Source: an uncultured Acidimicrobiaceae bacterium
GTDB taxonomy: Bacteria > Actinomycetota > Acidimicrobiia > Acidimicrobiales > Bog-793
Direction of reading: 5' to 3'
NCBI GenBank assembly: GCA_963831155.1
Contig: CAWHOY010000008.1
Span: 252,281-316,280, forward strand
Length of the DNA stretch: 64,000 nucleotides
Shown: positions 56,161 through 64,000 of the stretch, piece after piece
Layout: each line of letters opens with the position of its first letter
Numbering within the stretch: position 1 is the stretch's first letter
The notes under the pieces: generated by a model
What the model was told of the DNA's origin: nothing
Databases searched by the model: none
Seen by the model: only the letters and a program-made list of their open reading frames with translations
Made by a program: the position numbers and the translations under genes

Positions 56161-57165
56161 GTGACTTCGAGCACCCCCGGTGCATTCCCCGAACGCCGGA
56201 TGCGTCGACTGCGCCGCACGAAGACGATGCGCCGACTGGTCGCGGACACGACTGTCACCGTCGATGACCTCGTCGCCCCCGCCTTCGTGCGCGAGGGCAT
56301 CAGGGATCCCGCACCGATCGCGACGATGCCCGGCGTTGTCCAGCACACGCTGGACTCGCTCATTGTCGAGGCGAAGCACCTCGTTCAGCTCGGCATCCCG
56401 GCTCTCATGCTGTTCGGCGTCCCAGAGGCGAAGGACCCACAGGGCACCGGAGCGTCGGATCCCGACGGCATCGCACAGCGCGCGTTGCGCGCGGTGCGCG
56501 ACGCGGTCGGAGACGAACTTGTGGTCGTGGCGGACCTCTGCCTCGACGAATACACCGATCACGGTCACTGCGGGATCCTCGACGCGCGCGGTTCTGTCGA
56601 CAACGACGCGACGCTCGAGCGCTATGCCGAAGTCGCCCTCGCTCAGGCCGAGGCGGGCGCCGACATCATCGCACCGAGCGGGATGATGGACGGGCAGGTG
56701 CGGGCGATCCGCGCTGCGCTCGACGGTTCCGGATTCCCCGATGTTGCGCTGCTGGCCTATGCCGCGAAGTACGCCTCGGCGATGTACGGGCCGTTTCGGG
56801 ACGCGGTGAACGTCACGATCGCGGGCGGCGGGGATCGACGCAGCTACCAGGAGGATCCGGCACGCCGCGACGAAGGCGTGACCGAAGCACTCCTCGACGT
56901 CGCAGAAGGCGCGGACATCGTCATGGTGAAACCGGCGCTCCACTACCTCGATGTTCTTCTCCGAGTCGCGAACGCCGTCGACGTCCCTGTCGCCGCCTAC
57001 CACGTGAGCGGCGAGTACACGATGGTCGTGTCGGCGTCCCAGCTCGGCGCGATCGACCTCGACGCCGCGATCGAAGAGACGCTCGTCGCGGTCAAAAGGG
57101 CAGGCGCTGACTTCGTCCTCACATATTTTGCGCAAAGAGCGGCTGAGCTGTTCAGCGCCCGCTGA
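56161..57165 (+). CDS. hemB: porphobilinogen synthase
   Basis: FPERRMRRLR, APSGMMDG, MVKPA and AYHVSGEY. Confidence 0.92.
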   Translation: MTSSTPGAFPERRMRRLRRTKTMRRLVADTTVTVDDLVAPAFVREGIRDPAPIATMPGVVQHTLDSLIVEAKHLVQLGIPALMLFGVPEAKDPQGTGASDPDGIAQRALRAVRDAVGDELVVVADLCLDEYTDHGHCGILDARGSVDNDATLERYAEVALAQAEAGADIIAPSGMMDGQVRAIRAALDGSGFPDVALLAYAAKYASAMYGPFRDAVNVTIAGGGDRRSYQEDPARRDEGVTEALLDVAEGADIVMVKPALHYLDVLLRVANAVDVPVAAYHVSGEYTMVVSASQLGAIDLDAAIEETLVAVKRAGADFVLTYFAQRAAELFSAR

Positions 57166-57169
57166 ACAG

Positions 57170-58444
<1,275 letters not shown>

Positions 58445-58447
58445 CTC

Positions 58448-59734
58448 CTACGCCGCTTTCATCGCGATCTGCTCGATCGCGCGGTAGGCAAGCTCAGCGG
58501 GGGCGAATTCGTCGCTGCGCAGCGCGTTGGACATGATGCGTAGCAGCCACTCCATCAAGGAGCGCGAATGCATCCCGGTTGAGACGAGGACGCGCATTAC
58601 GTCGGGCTGGCCGAGAAAGCGCATCGACGCGCTCGCCGTCTTGTAGTAGAGGCCGTAGTTCTTCTGCAGCTTGTGCTCGTACGACTCGAGTGCGCGCAGA
58701 TCTCCGGTCGCGAGCGCTTCGCCGACGAAGGCGGCGGCGATCCGCCCCGTTTCGTACCCGTAGGAGATCCCTTCGCCGTTGAACGGGTTGATCGATCCCG
58801 ACGCGTCGCCGCATAGCAGGTAATCGGGTCCGTGACGGGGCCCGACGGAGAGCCCCATCGGCAGCCGTCCGCCCGTCGGTTCCGAGAGCGCAGTCGTTGC
58901 GTTGAGCCCCCACGACGCCGGCGCCATCGCGACGAAGGCGTCCATCAGTCGCGTCGTGTTCAATCCCTTCAGCCGCTTCTCGGTCGAGAGCACGCCCACG
59001 CCGACGTTCACCCGGCCGTCGCCGAGGGGGAAGATCCAGCCGTAGCCGGGGATCGACGCGCCGTCGGGATCGTGGAGGTCAAGGTGCGATTCGATCCAGT
59101 GCTCGGCATGTCGCGGTGAGGCGTAGTAGCCGCGCAGCGCCATTCCCTGCGGTACCGACTTGTCGCGCACGGCGCCGAGCGCGCGCCCAAAGCGCGAGTT
59201 CGCCCCGTCGGCGACGACGAGAACCTGCGCTGCGATCTCGCTCTTTTCGCCAGTCGCGCTGTCGCGCACGACAGCGCCAATCGCCGCTCCCCCCGCTTCG
59301 GCTTGGGGGCCGAGAGGCGCGAGCGCTTCGCAGCCCTGTACGACGAGAGCGCCCGCCTTCTCGGCGCGCGACGCCACGAGCGCGTCGAGGTCAAAGCGCG
59401 TGATGACGTAGCCGTAGCGACCGAATCCGGCGTGTTCGGGCCAGGCGAGATTGAGCTCCTTGCCATAGGCGAGCGCACGCAGGCCGTCGAAGCGGTGGTG
59501 GCCAGCGAGCACGTCGGCGAGTCCCATGTCCTCGAGCTGGCGGACGGCACGCGGTGTCAGCCCGTCGCCACAGGTCTTTTCGCGTGGAAAGTGCTTCTTT
59601 TCGACGACGACGACGTCGTAGCCGGCATCGGCGAGCCAGTAGGCGGCGGCAGATCCCGACGGTCCCGATCCGACGACAAGGACATCACAGCGGGCGGGGG
59701 GGCGCGGCGTGCTCTTTTCGAGAGCCGGGGACAT
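58448..59734 (-). CDS. geranylgeranyl reductase family FAD-dependent oxidoreductase
   Basis: VLVVGSGPSGSAAAYWLA..KTCGDGLTPRAV. Confidence 0.85.
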   Translation of the reverse strand: MSPALEKSTPRPPARCDVLVVGSGPSGSAAAYWLADAGYDVVVVEKKHFPREKTCGDGLTPRAVRQLEDMGLADVLAGHHRFDGLRALAYGKELNLAWPEHAGFGRYGYVITRFDLDALVASRAEKAGALVVQGCEALAPLGPQAEAGGAAIGAVVRDSATGEKSEIAAQVLVVADGANSRFGRALGAVRDKSVPQGMALRGYYASPRHAEHWIESHLDLHDPDGASIPGYGWIFPLGDGRVNVGVGVLSTEKRLKGLNTTRLMDAFVAMAPASWGLNATTALSEPTGGRLPMGLSVGPRHGPDYLLCGDASGSINPFNGEGISYGYETGRIAAAFVGEALATGDLRALESYEHKLQKNYGLYYKTASASMRFLGQPDVMRVLVSTGMHSRSLMEWLLRIMSNALRSDEFAPAELAYRAIEQIAMKAA

Positions 59735-59844
59735 TTTCGAAGGTTACTTGCCAGACGTCGCGGGACCTCGCTTCGCGACATTGCGAACCGCGCCCAACCG
59801 ATGTGAATGGATCGCGGGCGCCGTGGTAGAACCGGCGCGAGCCC

Positions 59845-60300
59845 ATGGGAAGCCTCGACAGCTACCTCCCGATCTTCGTCCTCTTCGTGCTTGCGCTGCT
59901 CTTTGCGGGGCTTTCACTCGCCGCGTCGAGGATCCTCTCGCCGTACCGGCCGAACGCCGCCAAGCAGTCGCCGTACGAATGCGGCATCGTGCCGACCTAT
60001 GAGCCGCCGCAGCGCTTCCCGGTCCGCTTCTACCTCGTGGCGATGGTCTTCATCATCTTCGACATCGAGATCATCTTCCTGTTCCCCTGGGCGGTCATCT
60101 ACAACCAGCTCGGCCGATTCGGCCTCGTGGAGATACTCGTCTTCGCCGGAGCCGTGATCTTCTCCTTTATCTATCTCGTTGCCGCCGGCGCGCTCGACTG
60201 GGGTCCCTTGAAGCGGGTGCGTCCGCTGCAGCCCTTCGGCGAGCGGACGACGGCCTCCACCGTCGAGCGCATCGGGCCGCGGCGCGACGAGGCGGCGTAG
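59845..60300 (+). CDS. nuoA: NADH-quinone oxidoreductase subunit A
   Basis: ..[18 protein letters not shown].. It has an unusually long C-terminal tail (151 aa in total). Confidence 0.9.
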   Translation: MGSLDSYLPIFVLFVLALLFAGLSLAASRILSPYRPNAAKQSPYECGIVPTYEPPQRFPVRFYLVAMVFIIFDIEIIFLFPWAVIYNQLGRFGLVEILVFAGAVIFSFIYLVAAGALDWGPLKRVRPLQPFGERTTASTVERIGPRRDEAA

Positions 60301-60302
60301 CG

Positions 60303-60893
60303 ATGGAATACGAGTCCTGGCAGGGCCTCGAGTCGCTGAGCCACAACGTCCTCACCGGAGCGCTCGAGGAGTTCGTGAAGTGGGCACGGCGCAACTCGAT
60401 GTGGCCGGCGACCTTCGGTCTCGCCTGTTGCGCGATCGAGATGATGGCGGCCGGCGCCGCCGAATACGACCTCGCCCGCTTCGGCATGGAGGTGTTCCGA
60501 CCCTCGCCGCGCCAAGCGGACCTGATGATCGTCGCCGGGCGGGTCTCCCAGAAGATGGCCCCAGTGCTGCGCCAGATCTACGACCAGATGATGGAGCCGA
60601 AGTGGGTCATCTCGATGGGCGTTTGCGCGTCGACCGGCGGGATGTTCAACAACTACGCGATCGTCCAGGGCGTCGACGAGATCGTCCCGGTCGACGTTTA
60701 CGCGCCGGGATGCCCGCCGTCGCCGTCGATGCTCATCCACGCGATCTTGACCCTGCACGAAAAGGTGCGCACGGGTGAGATCACGCGCCGTCGCCAAAAG
60801 CGCGGCGGGGGAGCAGGACTCGATGTGGCGGCCGACGTGCCCGGTTGGACCCAGCCGCCCCGCAAGCCCGTTCGCCTCGGGACGCCGCGCTGA
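60303..60893 (+). CDS. nuoB: NADH-quinone oxidoreductase subunit B
   Basis: [20 protein letters not shown] and PGCPPSP. Confidence 0.94.
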   Translation: MEYESWQGLESLSHNVLTGALEEFVKWARRNSMWPATFGLACCAIEMMAAGAAEYDLARFGMEVFRPSPRQADLMIVAGRVSQKMAPVLRQIYDQMMEPKWVISMGVCASTGGMFNNYAIVQGVDEIVPVDVYAPGCPPSPSMLIHAILTLHEKVRTGEITRRRQKRGGGAGLDVAADVPGWTQPPRKPVRLGTPR

Positions 60894-61423
60894 TGAACGA
60901 GACCCCGACCTCCGAGGTCGCGCCGCGCCGCCGCGTCGCCGACGACGTCACGGCGCTGGCCAACGTTCCGTTTCTGGACTCGTTCGGCGACGAGGTCTAC
61001 TTTCCCTCACGCGCCGAGTACGTCGACGTCGCGACGGCGCTGCGTGACGCCGGCTTTGTTACGTGCACCGATCTGTGCGGCGTCGACTACCTGACCTTCC
61101 CGCGCCGGGAACTTCCAGAAGCGGTCGAACCGACGCGCTTCGAGCTCGTCGTCGTTCTGCGCTCGCTCGACCCGTCTCGTGTCGTTCGTCTGCGCGTGCT
61201 GCTCGCCGAGGACGACTTGACGTGTCCAACGCTTTTCGGCCTCTACCCGGGCAGCGAGAACATGGAGCGCGAGGCCTACGACATGTTCGGCATCCGCTTT
61301 TCGGGTCACCCCGATCCGACGAGGATCTTGATGCCCGAGGACTGGGAGGGCCACCCCTTGCGGCGCGATTACGGCGTCGGCCGGGTGCCGGTCCAGTTCA
61401 AGGGCGCGCCGGCACCGCGATGA
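60893..61423 (+). CDS. nuoC: NADH-quinone oxidoreductase subunit C
   Basis: EREAYDMFGIRFSGHPD..LRRDY. ATG 60893 overlaps the nuoB stop. Confidence 0.9.
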   Translation: MNETPTSEVAPRRRVADDVTALANVPFLDSFGDEVYFPSRAEYVDVATALRDAGFVTCTDLCGVDYLTFPRRELPEAVEPTRFELVVVLRSLDPSRVVRLRVLLAEDDLTCPTLFGLYPGSENMEREAYDMFGIRFSGHPDPTRILMPEDWEGHPLRRDYGVGRVPVQFKGAPAPR

Positions 61424-62802
61424 CAAAGGACACCGAAAAGACCCCCGTCGCGACGCCCGGCGCCCTCCGTTCCGCGGTCGCCGAGCGCTTGTCTGCCGAG
61501 ACCTCCGAGGGGCGCCAGGAGCTCCAGCCCGAGCTTTCGACGGGGGTCGTCGAGCGCGCCATCGAACACGGTGGCGTGCTCCGTCTGCCGGAATCCCAAA
61601 CCCTCGACCCGGGGTCGAACGACGTCGTCTTCGGTGACGACGAGACGATGATCCTCAACGTCGGGCCCCAGCACCCATCGACCCACGGGGTCTTGCGGAT
61701 GATGGTCGAGCTGCAAGGCGAGACAGTGCTCCGTTCGAAACCGGTGATCGGCTACCTCCACACCGGCATGGAGAAGACCGGCGAAGGCCTCACCTATGTC
61801 CAGGGCGCGACGAACGTCACGCGCATGGATTACCTCTCGCCGCTTTTCAACGAGCTCGTCTACTCGCTCGCCGTGGAAAAGCTCTTGGAGGTCGAGATCC
61901 CGCCGCGGGCGACCTGGATCCGCATGCTGATGACCGAGCTCAACCGCATTTCGAGCCACGTCATGTGGGCGGCGACGAACGGGCTGGATCTCGCCTCGAC
62001 GACGATGATGATCTTCGGCTTCCGCGAGCGCGACCTCGTGTTGCAGTTCTTCGAGAAAGTCACAGGTCTGCGGATGAACCACAACTACATCCGACCAGGC
62101 GGCGTCGCGGCCGAACTCCCCGATGGCTGGGAGGACGACGTCGAAGTCGTCATCGACACGGTCGGCGCGCGGCTTTCTGACTACGACGAGCTGCTCACCG
62201 GACAGCCGATCTTCCGCGAACGCACCGAGGGCGTCGGCATTATCAGCGCCGAGGCGCTCATCGCGCTCTCGGCCACGGGGCCAGTGCTGCGTGCCTCGGG
62301 AGTTGACTACGACGTCCGGCGCGCGCATCCCTATCTCGCCTACGACGAAGTCGACTTCGACGTCGTCGTCGGCACCGTCGGCGACGCCTTCGACCGCTAC
62401 GCAGTGCGCCTCAACGAGGTCCGCGAATCGATCAAGATCGTCCGCCAGATCCTCGAAAAGATGCCGTCCGGCGACTACCGCGTGCAGGACAAAAAAGTCA
62501 CCCCGCCGCCACGCGCCCGCATCGACGAGTCGATGGAAGCGCTCATCCACCACTTCAAGTTGTTTACCTCCGGCATCGAGCCGCCGGCGGGGGAGACCTA
62601 CGTCGCCGTGGAGTCGCCGCGCGGCGAGCTCGGCTGCTACCTCGTATCGGACGGAACGAACCACCCGATGCGGATGCACATCAGGGCGCCGAGCTTTGTG
62701 AACTTGCAGTCGGTTCCACCGATGCTCGCCGGTGGGCTGATCGCGGACATGATCGCGATCTTGTCGTCGGTCGATCCGATCCTTGGAGAGGTCGATCGCT
62801 GA
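61420..62802 (+). CDS. nuoD: NADH-quinone oxidoreductase subunit D
   Basis: LNVGPQHPSTHGVLR and ..VDPILGEVDR. ATG 61420 overlaps the nuoC stop. Confidence 0.94.
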   Translation: MTKDTEKTPVATPGALRSAVAERLSAETSEGRQELQPELSTGVVERAIEHGGVLRLPESQTLDPGSNDVVFGDDETMILNVGPQHPSTHGVLRMMVELQGETVLRSKPVIGYLHTGMEKTGEGLTYVQGATNVTRMDYLSPLFNELVYSLAVEKLLEVEIPPRATWIRMLMTELNRISSHVMWAATNGLDLASTTMMIFGFRERDLVLQFFEKVTGLRMNHNYIRPGGVAAELPDGWEDDVEVVIDTVGARLSDYDELLTGQPIFRERTEGVGIISAEALIALSATGPVLRASGVDYDVRRAHPYLAYDEVDFDVVVGTVGDAFDRYAVRLNEVRESIKIVRQILEKMPSGDYRVQDKKVTPPPRARIDESMEALIHHFKLFTSGIEPPAGETYVAVESPRGELGCYLVSDGTNHPMRMHIRAPSFVNLQSVPPMLAGGLIADMIAILSSVDPILGEVDR

Positions 62803-63380
62803 TGCGGCACTTCGACGCGCGCAACCGCGAACGGGCCGAGGCCACCGTCGCGTTGTACCCCCAGAAGCGTTCGGCGCTGATCCCGCTCTGCCACCTCGCG
62901 CAGGCCCAGGACGGGTACCTGACCCGCGAGGCGATGGAAGAGATCGGCCAGCTCTGCGGTGTGAGCCCGGCAGAGGTGTACGGCACGGCGACCTTCTACG
63001 ACATGCTCTTCACTGAACCGGTCGGTACCCACGTCATCGCGATCTGCACGAACATCGCCTGCCTGCTCGACGGCGCGTACGAGCTGCTGGAGCACGCGCA
63101 AGAAACGCTCGGCATCCACGTCGGACAGACGACCGGCGATGGTGAGTTCACCTTGGAAGAAGCCGAGTGCCTGGCCGGATGTGACCTCGCCCCGTGCGTG
63201 CAGGTGAACCACCGCTTCGTCGGGCCGCTCGACGCCGACGGATTCGACTCCTTGATCCACGATCTGCGCGATGGCCGACGCAACAATGAAATCCCGCGCC
63301 ACGGCGTGCTTTGTCGTGTCGAGCGCACGGTCGCGCTGCCGGGGACCGCAGAGTCACCCAAAAAGCGCCAGAGGCGATGA
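62802..63380 (+). CDS. nuoE: NADH-quinone oxidoreductase subunit E
   Basis: Cys pattern of the thioredoxin-like 2Fe-2S fold (ICTNIACLLDG..ECLAGCDLAPC). Confidence 0.92.
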   Translation: MRHFDARNRERAEATVALYPQKRSALIPLCHLAQAQDGYLTREAMEEIGQLCGVSPAEVYGTATFYDMLFTEPVGTHVIAICTNIACLLDGAYELLEHAQETLGIHVGQTTGDGEFTLEEAECLAGCDLAPCVQVNHRFVGPLDADGFDSLIHDLRDGRRNNEIPRHGVLCRVERTVALPGTAESPKKRQRR

Positions 63381-64000
63381 TTAGCTCCGCGCCGCGCATC
63401 GTGACAAAGCGAGTCGGCGATAAAGAGTCGTACACGCTCGACGGCTACTTGAGGACCGGTGGGTACGACGGGCTGAAGCGCGCGCTCGGGATGACGCGCG
63501 AGCAGGTGCACGACGAGGTGAACACGGCGAGCCTGCTCGGTCGCGGCGGCGCCGGCTTTCCCGCCGGACGGAAGTGGTCGATGGTGCGGCCGGCCGATGT
63601 GACGTACCTCGTCGTGAACGGCGACGAGTCCGAGCCGGCGACTTTCAAGGACCACCTGCTCATCGAGCACGATCCGCACCAGATCATCGAGGGCACGGCG
63701 ATCGCGGCGTATTCGCTCGGCGTCACGCGGGCCTTCATCTTCTGCCGCGGCGAGTTCGCGCTCGGGCTCGAACGTCTCCAACAAGCTTGCAACGAGGCCT
63801 ACGAGTACGGCGCTCTCGGAAAGAGCGTCTTCGGTTCTGATTTCTCGGTCGACATCGTCATCCACCCCGGGGCGGGCGCGTACATCTGCGGCGAGGAGAC
63901 GGCGCTTTTGGAGAGCCTCGAGGGAAAACGCGGCTTTCCGCGCATCAAGCCCCCCTATTTCCCGGCGGCGATCGGTCTTTACGGCGAGCCGACGGTCGTG
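63377..64000 (+). CDS. nuoF: NADH-quinone oxidoreductase subunit F (3' end beyond the window)
   Basis: ATG 63377 overlaps the nuoE stop. GLLGRGGAGFPAGRKWS, VVNGDESEPATFKD and ICGEETALLESLEG. Confidence 0.92.
   Translation, partial: MISSAPRIVTKRVGDKESYTLDGYLRTGGYDGLKRALGMTREQVHDEVNTASLLGRGGAGFPAGRKWSMVRPADVTYLVVNGDESEPATFKDHLLIEHDPHQIIEGTAIAAYSLGVTRAFIFCRGEFALGLERLQQACNEAYEYGALGKSVFGSDFSVDIVIHPGAGAYICGEETALLESLEGKRGFPRIKPPYFPAAIGLYGEPTVV

Overview
GC-rich (by eye about two-thirds G+C, not computed), densely coding chromosomal segment of actinobacterial type. The lineage assignment rests on mshA, Ni-SOD sodN/sodX, a rex-hemACDBL cluster, the small ribosomal proteins bS22 and bL37, and an LLM-class oxidoreductase. 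Most of the window is housekeeping or catabolic. In order: phospho-sugar mutase and purine nucleoside phosphorylase; a pyrimidine-degradation-like trio (CN-hydrolase, dihydropyrimidinase, LLM oxidoreductase); prpDBC; hutU-hutF-hutI-hutH; an OmpR/HisK pair; upp; two ALDH genes plus deoC; ychF; rsmI-metG-tatD-rsmA-ispE; an ABC-2 exporter; uppP; sodN/sodX; mshA; rex and the heme genes; and nuoA to nuoF (3' partial). Two regions are accessory. (1) Positions 1-5700 hold two secreted or surface protein genes broken by multiple frameshifts, a truncated IS256-family transposase and a LuxR-type solo. (2) Positions 36.5-43.7 kb, between bS22 and tRNA-Gln, hold a minus-strand cassette. It encodes a sortase with an extra C-terminal domain and two DUF11/Ig-repeat surface proteins that share a non-LPXTG tail (TKPHTGEP). 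These two genes also have paralogous ~330-nt upstream leaders, each with a palindrome and a conserved 17-codon upstream ORF. The cassette also contains a 30-nt perfect intercistronic hairpin and a bacterial G1 (eqolisin) glutamic peptidase. This cassette is the best candidate for something undescribed. All calls come from reading the translations and the DNA by eye; no database search was run.
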